DNA of 63,770 bases, filler included, from Chiloscyllium plagiosum (GCF_004010195.1; 4 parts of one record of this genome joined end to end with filler, not necessarily neighbours in it); one strand, 5' to 3'. Positions 1-12,570 are shown, numbered from the whole stretch's first letter. Numbers and translations are program-made. The notes: generated by a model from the sequence alone, not told the origin.

Positions 1-192
1 TTCTATGTTCTATGAAAAGCTAGAAGACGAACAGGTGACTGGGACTGTTTCAAGTGCTCCTTACAACACGGACAGCTGTTAAGATTGCCGATGCATTGCT
101 ATCTCGCTCTGTATTTTTTTTTAAATCTTGCTTTGTAGATTTCTTTTGTAATTCTGTCTGTGTTTTCGTTGTCCTTCTTGTCACAAAATGAC

Positions 193-207
193 AAAAAAGG
201 GGGGAAA
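193..207 (+). promoter_or_regulatory. Retroviral-type polypurine tract (PPT)
   Basis: AAAAAAGGGGGGAAA directly followed by TG at 208; resembles the MLV-type PPT/LTR junction. Confidence 0.7.
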
Positions 208-641
208 TGTAATGGAAAATTAACAAAATTAACATTTACTGTGAAATCTGAAAGAGAATGCTCTGCTAATTTTTAAACTTTTCCGGAAGTTGCAAACACT
301 TTGCAGAATTCTGCAATCGAAGAGACAGCTTGTCTTTGCTGAACATTTTAAACATTCAACCTGGCCTGGCGAGCAATCGAATTCAGCAGAAAAAGCTAAG
401 GAAAACATAAAGACAGTTATGTCCACGGCAAGGGGATAAGAAAATAAGAATTCTAATGTTTCGCAGCCCTTGTCCTTGAGCGTGTGCTAAGAAGAGCAGA
501 AAAGGCATACGTTAATTATGTTCAGGGCCCATACACAGGGCGTTTTTGTCAAGTGTATTGGCCCACTGCAGTGCGTAAAAATAAAGCTTTTTCTTTGCTC
601 TTGCTAGCATCTGAGTTCGAGTCAGTCTAATTTCCACAACA
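208..641 (+). mobile_element. 3' LTR of an endogenous retrovirus / LTR element
   Basis: TG...CA termini with imperfect inverted repeats (TGTAATGGAAAATTA ... TAATTTCCACAACA), preceded by a PPT, AATAAA at 580-585. Confidence 0.7.
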
Positions 642-1494
642 GTCAGTGATCCACCTGACTGAGATTCTCTGGACCAGTCTTCACACAGTGGGGGGTGTTA
701 TCATTTCCTGCTGTTCTTGGCATAGTTTATTTTTAAAAATCCACCTTCTCCATGATACTAATCTATTGGCCGAATGGATTTTGTTTAGCTGTCAGTAACC
801 TAGCTCTGTGACATTATTGGGAATAAGTGATCCGGGCTGACAGCCAGTATCCGCACACTGTTCATAGTGTATGACACCCAAAGGGCTTGCAGTCCAGAGG
901 TATTTCTAAATAAAACTTCTAACTTCTGTCTGTACATATCTATCCCCTTCATGCTGTCTTCTGACGTATCAAACTTCACTCTCATCTAACACCTCTTCAT
1001 CGCCAACTCAGTTAGTCGCTCCCCTTTCTATTCTCTCTCAGTTTATCTCTCTTCACTTTCTTTCTCTCAGTTTATTTCTCTCTCACACAATCTATCTCGA
1101 CTTACTCTCTCTAGCTCCAATTGTGTGGTTGACGAGCTTGTGACCCCACGATGGACTGACTGACTCCCATTTGTGCTATAATAATTTTGCGATTCTCTGA
1201 CCCACAATAAGTACTTTCGGTATCTGAACAGACACGCTGGTCCGGTGACAGGTACAGTGCACAATTACCATTACCTCTTCATGTTCTTCTCGGATGTGCA
1301 GCTGCCTTGACTTGTTTATTCAAACAAAACAGACTGAATGAAATTCGAGTAGTCGGGATGACTTTCATCGCCATGTATTTTAATCAGGATTGAATGAAGG
1401 ATGAGGTTCCACAATAACATAACAATGATAGCAAAACAGAGCAACACAATGAATAGCAATTGAGTACAAGATGTGGTTCCAAGTAGGGCTCATG

Positions 1495-3930
1495 GAATTA
1501 CCACGAGATTATCAATCCAGAAAATCCGCTCCTGTTCTGTGGACCGAGGTTCGAATCCCGCCACTGCAGATAGTGGCAATTGAATTCAATAATTTTAAAA
1601 TATCCCTGGAATTAAGAATCTACCTATGAGAATGAAATCGTTGCCAATTGTCAGAAAAATCCATCTGGTTCACTGATATCCTTCAATGAAGGAATCTTCC
1701 ATTCCTCATCTGGACTGGCTGACTGTTGACTCCAGACCCAAAGCAATGTGATTGACTCAATCGCCCTCTGAAATGGTTTAGTGAGTCAGTCAGATGTGCT
1801 ACATAATTTCAAAGAAATGAAACCGGATGTATTGACCTGTGCACCGGAAAAGTGAATGTTAGAAACATCATTGTCGAGCTGCACATTCCTCCTGACGAAC
1901 AATGAGTACTCATGCCAAAATTGGGACAACTGCTTTACAGATTAATCCAGCAACAGCCTGACATTGGCATTCTCACGGAATTTTACCTTACAGATATAGC
2001 CCAGAGAGCACCATCACCATCCCTGGATCTGTCCTGTCCCAAAAGCAGGACGGATCCAGCACAGGATGGAGATCGGTGCGAGAGAGTCAGGCGGTAGATG
2101 CTCTGGGAGTCCCTGTAACCTGTAACCTCATATACCCAGCCTATCCCCAACTCAACCATTACCATCAAGCAAGAGGATTAACCCTGGTTCAAAAGAGAGT
2201 GCAGGAGGGCAAGCCAGGAGCAGAACCAGGCATACATAAAGATAAAATGTTAATCTGCTGAAGCTTCCAAACAGAACTATTTGCATGCCAAATAGCATAA
2301 ACTGCAAGGGACAGACAGAGCTAAGCGATCCCAGAACCAACACATCAGATCTAAGCTCTGCAATCCTGCGAACCTGATCGTGGATGGTGGTGGACGATTA
2401 AACAACTCACCGGAGTCGGTGGCTCCACAAATATCCCCAACATCAATGATGGAGGAGCCCAGCACGTCAGTGCAAAAGATAAGGCCGAAGCTTTCACAGA
2501 ATTCTTCCCTCAGAGGTTTCGAGTGGATGATTCACTTCGGTCTCCTCCCGTGGTCCCCATCATTACAGATAGCAGTCTTCAGCAAATTCGATTGATTGAT
2601 ATCAAGGAACGGTTGAAGGCACTGGATACTGCAAAGGCTGTGGGCCCTGATAACATGCTGGTAATAGTCCTGAAGACTTGTGCTCCAGAACTTCCCACTC
2701 CCCAAGCCTAGCTGTTCTAGTATTGCAACAAAGCAACAATGGGAAAAAAAAACTGCTCAATTGTGTTCTGTACCTGAAACGCAGGACAAAGTCAACCCAG
2801 CCAAATACCACCTCATCAGTCTACTCCCCATTATCAGTAAAGTGATAGATTTGGACATCAACAGTGCTATCAAGTAAGCACCTGTTCAGCAATAACCTGC
2901 TCAGTGACACCCAGTTTGGGTTCCACCAGGAACACTCAGCTGCTAACCTCATTACAGCCTTGGTTCAAACATAGAAAAAAGAGCTGAATTCCAGCCCTTG
3001 ACATCAAGGCTACATTCTTTCAAATGTGGCTTCACGAAACCCGAGCAAAAAGGGTATTGCGGGCGAATACTCCATTATTATAGTCATACCTGACAGATAG
3101 GAAGATGTTCATTGTTATTTGAAGTCAGTCATCTCACCTCCAGAACATTTATGCAGTAGTCCCTCAGGATAATATAGATGTAAGTTTGCTCACTGAGCTG
3201 GAAGTTTCATTATCAGACATTTCATCACCATACAAAAAAACACGTTCAGTGACTTTCCGGATGAGTCCTAGATCCAAGCATCTTCAGCTGCTTTATCAAT
3301 GATCTTCCCTCCATCATAAGGTCTGATGTGGGGATATTAGACAATGACTGTACAATGTTCAGCACCATTCGCAAATGCTCAGATATGGAATCAGTCCATG
3401 CCAAAATGCAACAAGATCTGGACCCTCTCCATCTTGGGCTGACAAGTGGCAAGTAACATTTGCACCACACAGATACCAAACAATGACCATCACCAATAAG
3501 AAACAATATAACAAATTGGTATTTTGCAGCATTATCATCATTCAGTTACCCACTATCAATATCCTGGGGGTTATCATTGATCAGAAACTCAATTGGACTC
3601 GTCACATAAATATAAGAGCACATCAGAGTCTAGGAATACTGCGCGAGTAACTCACCTCCTGAATTCCCAAAGCCTGCTGATCATCTAAAAGGCACAAGTC
3701 AGGAATGAGATGGAATTCTCTCACTTGCCTTAATGAGTGCAGACCCAACAAGACGAAAGAAGCTTGACACTATCCAGGACAAAACAGTCCATTTGATAGG
3801 CATCACATCCACAAGTATTCACTCCCTCCACCACCGTCGTTCAGTAGAAGAAGTGTGTATTATCTACAAGACACAATGCAGAAATTCCCCAAAGATCCTC
3901 AGACAGTATCTTCTAATCCCACGAACACTT
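1495..3930 (+). mobile_element. Decayed non-LTR retrotransposon (CR1/L2/Jockey group, family unassigned) with tRNA-like 5' head, endonuclease and RT remnants
   Basis: B-box GTTCGAATCC at 1549-1558; endonuclease-like QQQPDIGILTEFYL (1912 ORF); RT-region motifs LDTAKAVGPDN, YHLISLLPIISKV, WADKWQVTFAP, ILGVIIDQKLNW; many stops and frameshifts. Confidence 0.85.
3172..3262 (-). mobile_element. Short Penelope-like terminal fragment nested in the LINE
   Basis: Interrupts the RT between GTCCCTCAGG and GTCCTAGATCC; minus strand shows a degenerate CTGA...GGTGATGAAATGTC hammerhead-like remnant. Confidence 0.4.
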
Positions 3931-4384
3931 ACATTTTTTTACAAATAGTTCCAAGTTGAACTTCTCGATGGGACAGGTTATCTGATTTGAGCATGAACAG
4001 GAAAGCAGTGTTTCTGATACAGAACATTATCAAAGTTTCTGTTATTAGATGGGTTTTCAGTGTTCGATGACTTATTGTTGCTGTGTGCTGTGATAAATTG
4101 TTAAAGTCAACAATACTGGCGTAACAGGATCGATCCTTCGCAAATGCCAGACTGAAAATGGCAATCATTTGAGAGATAGTGTATTCCTGCCAAATTAGAC
4201 TCACAGATAGCTGTGTATATTCAACGTTTAATGGAATACTGGCCGACACTGAATCCACCCATCGTCCATATCACAGGGGTTACATTGAACAGAACGTGAA
4301 GTCAAATCAACATACAAATATAAGTGTTACAAGAGCTGCTCAGAGACTTACAATTCTTAACTGAATAATAGACTATATGACCGG

Positions 4385-5095
4385 AAGAGCATAAGATATT
4401 GCTATAAATTGAGGCCATTCAGCCCATTCCATCACTGTGAAACTGTGCCTTTTGGAATTTTCTCTATAACTACTGGACGTAACTTCTACACACTGACTGC
4501 ATCAATCTTTGCAGTAATCAATCAGTTTCTATCAGATGCCTCGCCTCCCATTCTTCTAAATTCCACCGAGTACACACACTGCCGCTCATGAAAGCCACCA
4601 TCCCGAGCATGGATCACCTCCAACACCAGCTGATCTTTCCCCAGAGATAGTGCCAAAAATAGCTCCCAATATTCCAAATGACGTCTGACCATTGCCCAGT
4701 ACATTCCCTGCGGAATATCGCCTCTCTTGTATTCCAGCTGCCTTGAAATGAATGCTAACAGTACACTTGCTTTCCTAACTGCGAACTGAAAATGCACAAT
4801 ATCCATAACAGAGGACGAGTGCTTCAAAATCCTTTTGTGCTTCAGATTTAATGGATCCTATTAGAACATAGTATCTGTCTCTAGTCCGCCTACCAAAGTG
4901 CATAATCTCACACGTTCCCATATTGTATTCCATCAGCAACGTGTTTGCCCATAGTCCTAAACTGTCCAAGATTTTCTGCAGCCTCCCCACTTCATGAATA
5001 TCGCGTGCCCATCCAACCGTCACTGTATCATCTCCAACTTAGCAATAATGCCCTCAGGTCCTTTGTTCAGGTGGTTCATGTAAATGGCACTTCCT
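4385..5095 (-). mobile_element. CR1 LINE 3' fragment
   Basis: Minus-strand motifs LQKILDSLGLWA, CEIMHFGRR, MVRRHLEYW. Confidence 0.85.
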
Positions 5096-5299
5096 GATTC
5101 TCTAAGGACTGTCCACTATTGAAAAGGCACCGTACTCAAGGTGGTTGACTCCATTCAGGTTCAAGCATTGGCTTGACTGGAATTATATCTGTAAAATCTT
5201 CACTCTCTGCACCACTGACATCCCGTTTAGATGTGAATTTACCATTTTATGGTGACAAAGGACTTGACGGTGCACAATCCCAATCTAGTGATGTCACTC

Positions 5300-6970
5300 T
5301 GTCTAAACACTAACTGTGTGCTGATCACAGTGATCATGTCACTTTGTGTTGATGATGACGGAGGGAGGTGGTGGAGGGAATGTCTATGATGAATGACTGT
5401 GTGACTGCCAGCATGAAACCTGCCCTGACAGCCTCGGATATACCTGTTCCCGCTGTCAACACGGCAGATATGATCTTTTTTTCCTGAAGGTCAAGTCAAG
5501 TCAAGCGACAGGCCTGGAGAGTGTTACCGGCTGAGCTCTCAGATCCTGTGAAGACCAACTGGCAGAAGTATTTACAAACAACTGCAACCTCTCCCTCCTG
5601 AAGCCGAAATCACAACCCACTTCAAGAAGACCACCATCATCCTTGTAAGTGAGAAAGCACATGCAACGTTCCTTAATGACTACCGCCCAGTGGCTCTGAC
5701 CTCAATAAATATGAAGTGCTTTGAGACGCTGGTTATGGCCCACATCACCTCCGGTCTCCCAGCCTGACCTGCTGTCCTATAATGTGCCGACTGATGTAAT
5801 GGGTGCACAACGGATGTCATATACCTGCCCTGTGCTCATCCATGGAACATCTGGACAACAAGGATGCCTACACTAGACTCCAGGTCATTGACTACAGCTC
5901 CATCTTCAACATCATTATCCCCTCCAGGCTGATCTCAAAACTCCGTGACTTTGATCACGGCTGCACCCTCTGAAACAGGATCCTCGGTTTCTGACACACA
6001 GACGACAATCTGTGAGGATAGGTTTCTGCATATTCTCCACAATAAAACTCAACACTAGAACTTCTGGAGGATGTGTTCTCTGCCCCCTATTGTACTCTCC
6101 GGGCACCCACAGCAGTGTCCTCAGCCCCCTACTGTACTCCCTGTATGTCCACGGCTGTGCCCTCAGCCCCCTACTGTACTCCTTGTACACACATGGCTAT
6201 GCTCTCAGCCCCCTACAGTACTCCCTGTACATCCACGGCTCTGCCCTCAGCCCCCTACTGTACTCCCTGTACACCCACGGCTTTGCACTCACCCCCCTAC
6301 TGTACTCCCTGTACTCCCATAGCTGTGTCCTCAGTCTCCTACTGTACTCCCTGTACTCCCATGGTTGTGTCCTCAGCCCCATACTGTACTCCCATGGCTG
6401 TATCTTCAGCCCTTTACTGTACGCCCTGAACACACGTGGCTGTGTTATCAAATTCCAAACAACGCCAGCTACAAGTTCACTGATGACATTACCAAATCAG
6501 GAGGGATATCAAACAACGATGAGTCAGAATACAGAAAGGAGATCGAGGGCTTAGTGGCGTGGTGGAATGATAATAACATCTCTCTCAAATTCGGCAATAG
6601 TAAGGAACTGATCATTGACTTCAGAAAGAAAGAAGAGGAACACGCCGTCATCTACATCAATGGTTGAGGAAGTGCAGAGCATCAACTCCCTCGGAGTGAC
6701 GATAACTGACAACCTACCCTATTCTTCTTGCATAGGTGTGACAGGCAAGAAGGTTCAACAACGCCTCTTCTTCCCCAGAGGCTCAGTAAATTCAGTACGT
6801 ACTACTTCGACAGATACACCATTGAGAGCATACTGTCTGGGTCCGTCATGGCTTCATACAGCAACGCTCTGCCCATGACCATACGAAACTTAGAAGGTTG
6901 GGTGCACAGCCAATCTCCCAACCATTGACTCTATTTACACGGCTTGTTGCCGCAGAAAGGCTGCCAACAT
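5300..6970 (+). mobile_element. Rex1/Babar-like LINE RT region, decayed
   Basis: Motifs [61 protein letters not shown]. Confidence 0.85.
6068..6443 (+). repeat. 42-bp minisatellite (about 9 units) made from the RT motif HGCVLSPLLYSLYT
   Basis: Unit approx GGCTGTGTCCTCAGCCCCCTACTGTACTCCCTGTACACCCAC; 14-aa periodicity in ORF 6012..6554; one unit shortened to 33 bp. Confidence 0.95.
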
Positions 6971-7359
6971 CTAGAACAAAAGAACATAGAACAGTACGGC
7001 ACAGAACAGGGCCATCAGCCCACGATGTTGTGCCGACCATTGATCCTCATGTATGCACCCTCACATTTATCCAGCAGCCTTTTAAATGTCCCAATGACCT
7101 TGCTTCCACGACTGCTGCTGGCAACGCATTCCATGCTTTCACAACTCTCTGTGTAAAGAACGCCTCTGACATCCCTTCTATACTTTCCTCCAACCAGCTT
7201 AAAACTCGTGTTAGCCAATTCTGCCCTGGGAAATAGTCTCTGGCTATCAACTCTATCCATGCCTCTCATTATGTAGATTTAGAGATGACTGGGGTGTACA
7301 AAATTAAAATCACACAACGACACCAGGTTATAGTCCAACAGGTTTAATTGGAAGCACAC

Positions 7360-7388
7360 CAGCTTTCAGAGCGAAGCTCCTTCGTCAG
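7360..7388 (-). ncRNA. Minimal type I hammerhead ribozyme motif (PLE family A)
   Basis: CTGACGA-AGGAGC-TTC-GCTCT-GAAA-GCTG on the minus strand; the triplet is CUG, so probably non-cleaving. Confidence 0.65.
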
Positions 7389-8802
7389 GTGATAGTGGAG
7401 GGCCCGATCGTAATATAGAATTTATAGCAAAAATTTGCAGTGTGATGTAACTGAAATGATACATTAAAAGATTGATTGTCTGTTAAGCCTTTCTTCTGTT
7501 AGAATACAGTGGTAGTTTCACTTCTTTCATGTGTAAATCACAAAACCTTTTTTTTTTAAGTTGCATTCTCGGGTTAGCTGTTAACAATGGTGATAGCTAG
7601 ACAATATGTTGAAGGTGTTAGTCCCCTGTGTTCTCTGTCTATGACCTGATGTTTAGATTGATTCTAATCTAAAAACTGAGATAACAGACGTTTACCTAAA
7701 TTCATGCAGTTTTTGAGCTCAGAGTGCTACATGAATGTATGCAGGTTTTGAGCAAAATGCAATGTAACTCTGCAAGTACAAATTCACCACACAAAATATA
7801 TGTGTGCATGTGGGTCTTTGTCTGTCTGTGTGTTGTGCGTCTGTCTGTGGTGAGGGTTGTGAGTGTGAGAAAGTGTGTGTGTAGTGAGTGCAGAGTGTAT
7901 CAAGTCTGTGAGGGGGTGCATGTGTGAGTGTGTGTGTCTATAAGGGTGGTGTGTGGATGTCTGTGTGTGCATCTGTGTGTACCTGTGTCCGTGTGTATGT
8001 CAGAACGTGTGTGTGTGTAGGAATATCTCTGTGTGTGTGTGCAGTGCAATGGTGATCAGCTGTAATGTGACATGAACACAAGGTCCCGGTTGAGGCCATC
8101 CCTATGGGTACCGTACTTAGTTATCAGCCTCTGCTCGGCCACTTTTCGCTGCTTCTGTCCCGAAGTCAACCTTGAAGGATGGTCACCCGAAGGTCCGAGG
8201 CTGAGTCTCCTGGACCACTGAAGTGTTCCCCAACTGGGATGGAACCCTCCTGTCTGTTGAATGTTGCGTGGTGGCCATTCATTCGTTGTCATAAGCTTTG
8301 CTCGCTTTCCCCAATGTGCCATGCCTACGGGCATCCTTGCCTGCAACGTATGAGATAGATAACGTTGGCGGAGTCACATGAGTACCTGCCATGTACAAGG
8401 TGAGAGTTGTTCCCACGCGTAATAGTGGTATCTATGTCCGCAATCTGACACATCTTGCACCGTCCACCATGACAGAGTTGTATGGAGTTGTCCTGAGAGC
8501 CGGGCAATTTGCTATGAACAATGATCTGTTTGAGGTTTGGCGGTTGTTTAAAGGCAAGTAGTGGAGGTGTGGGGAAGGTCTTGGTGAAGTGCTCATCCTC
8601 GTTGATAATGTGTTGCAGGTCGCGAAGAACATGGCGTAATTTTTCAGCCCCTGGGAAGTACTGAACAAAGTGAAACTATCACTGTATTCTAACAGATGAA
8701 AGGCTTAACAGACAATCAATTATTCAATGTATAATTTCAGTTACATCACACTGTAAATTTTTGCTATAAATTCTGTGTTACGATCGAGCCCTCCACTATC
8801 AC

Positions 8803-8831
8803 CTGATGAAGGAGCGTCGCTCTGAAAGCTG
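8803..8831 (+). ncRNA. Minimal type I hammerhead ribozyme motif (PLE family A)
   Basis: CTGATGA-AGGAGC-GTC-GCTCT-GAAA-GCTG; AGCT palindrome at stem III, CAC/GTG stem I; CUG triplet. Confidence 0.65.
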
Positions 8832-10549
8832 GTGTGCTTCCAATTAAACCTGTTGGACTCTCACCTGGTGTTGTTGTATGATTTTTAATTTCATTATCTT
8901 GTATAACTCAAATAGGTCCCCTTTCTTCCGCCTTTTCTCCAATGAAAAAACTCCGAGCTCAGTCAACCTCTCTTCATAAGATATGCCCTCCAGTCCAGGC
9001 AGCATCCTGGTAAACCTCCTCTGCACCTTCTCCTGTGCGTCCACATATTTCCGATAATAGGGCGATCAGAACTGGAAGCAATATTCCAAGTGCGGTCTAA
9101 CCAAAGTTTTATCCAGCTGCAACAAGATCTCAAGACTCTTAAACTGAGTCCCCCTATTGATGAAAGCCAAAACACCATATGCTTTCTTAACAACCCTGTC
9201 CACTTGGGTGGCCATTTTAAGGGATCTATGTACCTGCACACCAAGATCCCTCTGTTCCTCCACACTGCCAAGAATCATTAATCCTGTACTCAGTTTTCAA
9301 ATTCGACCTTCCAAAATGCAATACCTCCCATTTGTCCAGGTTGAACTCCATCTGTCACCTCTCAGCCCATCTCTGCATCCTGTCAATGTCCCGCTGCAGC
9401 CTACAACAGCCCTCTATACTGTCAACAACACCTTCAACCTTTGTGTAATCTGAAACATTGCTGACACATCCTTCAATCCCCTATCCAAGTCATTAATAAA
9501 AATTACAAACAATAGAGGTCCAAGGACAAAACCCTGTGGAACAACACTCACCGCTGACTTCCTGACAGAATATTTTCCTTCTACTACCACTCGCTGTCTT
9601 CTGTTGGCCAGCCAATTCTGTATCTAGACAGCTGAGTTCCTCTGTATCCCATTCCTCCTGACCTTCTGAGTAAGCCTACCATGGGGAACCGTATCAAATG
9701 CCTTGCTGAAGTTGATATACATCACATTCATAGCTCGACTCTCATCAGCCTTTCTAGTCACATCCTCAATGAACTCGATAAGGTTTGTGAGGCATGACCT
9801 GCCACTCACAAAGCCGTGTTGAGTGCATTTAATCAAGCTATGCTCTTCCAGATAGTCATAAATCCTATCCCTCAGAATCCTTTCTAACACCTTGAAGATG
9901 ACAGACGTGAGACTGACTGCTCTGTAATTGCTGGGGATTTCCCTATTTCCTTTCTTGAAGAGAAGAATTACATTTGCCTCCCTCCAGTCCTCAGGTACGA
10001 CTCCAGTGGAGAGCGAGGATGCAAAGATCTTCGCAAGTGGCGAAGCAATTGAATTTCTCATTTCCCAAAGCAGCCGAGAACAAATCTGGTCCGGGCCTGG
10101 CGACTTGTCAATCTTAATGTTTGACAAAATGTTCAACCCATCAGCTTTCTCTATCTCTATCCATTCCAGCATACACAGCTGCTCTTCAAAGGTTTTATTC
10201 ACTACAAAGTTCGTTTCTTTAGTTAAGACAGAAGCAAAAAAAAACATTTAGGGCTTCCCCTACCTCCTCAGACACCACACACAAGTTCTCTATGGTATCC
10301 CTGATCGGCCCTATTCTTTGTTTGACCATTCTCTTACTCCTCACATAAGTGTAAAATGCCTTTGTGTTCTCCCTAATACGTTCTGTCAAGCCTTTCTCGT
10401 TCCCCCTCTTGGCTCTCCTCAGACCAGTTTTGAGCTTCTTCCTCGCCTGCCTGTAATCCTCTGGAGCTGAGCTTGACCCTAGCTTTCTCCACGTTATGTA
10501 TGCTACCTTCTTCCTTTTGACGAGAAGCTCAACCGCAATCACAAATTAC

Positions 10550-11200
10550 TGAGGGAAGGGAGAGAAGAATTGGCTGGGGCATTACCAGATCCTTGAACAC
10601 AACTGAGATCCCGGAGGACGGGAAGGTTGTTGTTTAAGAATGGTATCATGAATAATCTAGTTAATTATAGACCAGTGAGCATGTCATCTGGAGTTGGGGA
10701 GCTGCGAGAGAAGATACTGAGGGCTAGGGTCTATTCTCATTTGCATGAAAATGGTCTTATCAGTAATAAGCAAGATTGCTATGTGCTGGGAAGGTCATGG
10801 CTTACCAACTTAATAGAGTTCTTTGAGGAAGTGACAAAGTTGATTGATGAAGGAGGGACTGTAGATGTCATGTACACGGACTTCAGGAAGGTGTTTGATA
10901 AGTTTTCCCATGGTCGGGTTATGGAGAAAGTGAAGTCACATGGTGTCCAGGGTGTGCTAGCTACATGGTTAAAGAACTAGCCGGGCAACAGGGTACAGAG
11001 CGTAGATTGGGAAGGCAGTTCCTCAATCTGGAGAACTGTGACCAGTGGTGCTCCATGTAAGATGTTTCCAGAAAGATACATGAATAGGCAGGGAGCAAAG
11101 GGGTACAGACTCGTAGAAAACAGGCAACTGATTTCGATAGAGGATCTGGATCGGCGCAGGATTTGACCGCCGAATGGCCTGTTCCTGTACTGGAATTCTC
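10550..11200 (+). mobile_element. CR1 LINE RT fragment, internally deleted, with 3' end
   Basis: ORF 10627: NYRPVS, GRSWLTNLIEFFEEVTK, YTDFRKVFDK. Confidence 0.9.
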
Positions 11201-11204
11201 TTAG

Positions 11205-11500
11205 TTTGAACATTACCAAAGACCCACCACATGCCTGTAAAGATCGCCAACAAACCCTTCCCTCAGGCTAAAAGATACAGAAGCTTGAAAACACAGATCA
11301 GCTGGTTCAGTAACAGCTTCTTCCTGGCTGTTATTAGACTAATGAATGGACTATCTAATCTCAGATAATGCAGATCTTATTCATGTTGATCTCACCTAGC
11401 GCATGCCCTATGCAGCATAACCTAGATGCCTCTCCGACATGTTTTACAGCCATCATTCTGTACATCCTTGCTTACTATGATCTGCCTGGACATCTTGTTA
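11205..11500 (+). mobile_element. Rex1-like LINE 3' end fragment
   Basis: CCCTCAGGCTAAAGATACAGAAGC...AACAGCTTCTTCC...GTTATTAGACT (PSGxRYRS...NSFFP-type C-terminus); similar to 12075-12570. Confidence 0.6.
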
Positions 11501-12074
11501 CAGGTAAAAATAAATCCTCATCTCCCTTCTCCCAGCTCCCTCTAGTGCTCACTCCCAGACCTCTCTGGTCCTCACCCCCAGCTTCTTCCATCACCCCCAG
11601 TTCCCTGTGACCGCATCCCCAGCTCCCCGTGTCCTTTGTCTCTCACTGTGTCTCTCACACTGTTTCCCGCTGTTTTCCTTTTCCCTGCCTTGTGTTTCTT
11701 TCCCTGAACTTATTGTCTTCCCTTCTCCCTGTCCATGTGACTATTTGTTTCTTGTTTTGTTTCCTTTCTCTCTTCGACTGACTGTCCATCTATTTCCCTC
11801 GCCGTGTTCTCTCTCTCCTTCCCTTTGTTTCTGTCTCTTTCTCCTTCGTTGTGAAGGTGATGGCTTCTCTATTCGTTTGAAGCAGGTGATGACTCATTGG
11901 TTCGATGTTAGCAATACAATACACTCAACAAGATTTTGGAATAGAGGACATAATTTAACATTATCAGTTAAATTTCAATTGCTGTCAAAACAGCAACCAG
12001 AACTTGGGTATCCATTTAACAGCCAATTGTTACATCTACCTATTTTGGAATAACCTGTCTCCCAATGTTCCGTA

Positions 12075-12570
12075 CACTGGCAACTGAAAACATTCTAGTC
12101 ACGCGCATAATGGTCTGACATGGTAACTGCTCTGCCCAGCACCATAAGAAACTACAGACGGTTGTGTGCACAGCCCAGACCATCACGGAAGACAACCTTC
12201 GTCATTTGTATTTATCATTGTCGCAGAAAGGCTGGCAACATCAAAGATCTCTCCCAAACCGGTAATGATCTCCTACAACCTCTTCCAACAGGGAGGATAC
12301 ACAGAGGCTTGAAAACATGGACCAGCATGCTCAGGGACACTTCCTTCCCGAATATAATTAGACTGATGAATTGACATCTCTAACATTTCAAATAATATTA
12401 ATCTTGCTAATGTCGATTTTGATTTGCTCACCTCCTGTGAAGCTGTAACCACGTATGCCTCACTCTGGGTAAGTACCCCACGAAGTTTTTTTAATGTTTA
12501 CTATCATATGCCTGCACTACTCGCAAAACAAACCTTTCCGTTGTACATTTGACTAAAATAAATCAAATCA
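12075..12570 (+). mobile_element. Rex1-like LINE 3' end fragment
   Basis: ORF 12120: CRRKAGNIKDLSQTGNDLLQPLPTGRIHR...SFPNIIRLMN; ends in AAATAAATCAAATCAATC. Confidence 0.7.

Larger units (their letters stand above)
7272..8890 (-). mobile_element. Penelope-like element 3' part (GIY-YIG endonuclease) with an inverted copy of its terminal repeat
   Basis: Minus-strand RCKMCQ...YSCDSANVIYLIRCRQGCP and EQRLITKYGTHRDGLNRD; about 7297-7520 is the reverse complement of about 8670-8890; flanked by TCATTAT at 7265-7271 and 8891-8897 (probable TSD). Confidence 0.9.
6972..10545 (-). mobile_element. CR1 (HER1-type) LINE, 5'-truncated ORF2 plus 3' tail, split by a Penelope insertion
   Basis: ORFs with KSPGPD, NYRAVSLTSV, QHGFVSGRSCLTNLIEF, FSKAFDTVPH, RDLGVQVH, LVRPHLEYC, FFTQRVVKAWNALP; TTCTA-type tail near 6972-6992. 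Confidence 0.95.

Noticed and set aside
1315..1490. Hydrophobic minus-strand stretch QLLFIVLLCFAIIVMLLWNLIL
   Set aside because: Short, bounded by stops, no clear splice sites; T-rich composition explains it.
1540..1570. tRNA gene suggested by GGTTCGAATCCC (similar at 61630-61690)
   Set aside because: No cloverleaf; these are SINE/LINE heads.
3929..4258. Minus ORF with LAFAKDR as a possible GPCR TM3
   Set aside because: No flanking TM helices or correctly spaced motifs; probably chance.
6012..6554. Repeat protein or CRISPR-like array
   Set aside because: Head-to-tail units without unique spacers, inside a dead LINE RT; no cas genes.
7724..8045. Cys/Val- and His/Thr-rich ORFs
   Set aside because: Degenerate (GT)n tract inside the Penelope 3' region.
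11500..11850. Hydrophobic 148-aa ORF at 11607
   Set aside because: Translation of a low-complexity C/T tract with a non-ATG start.
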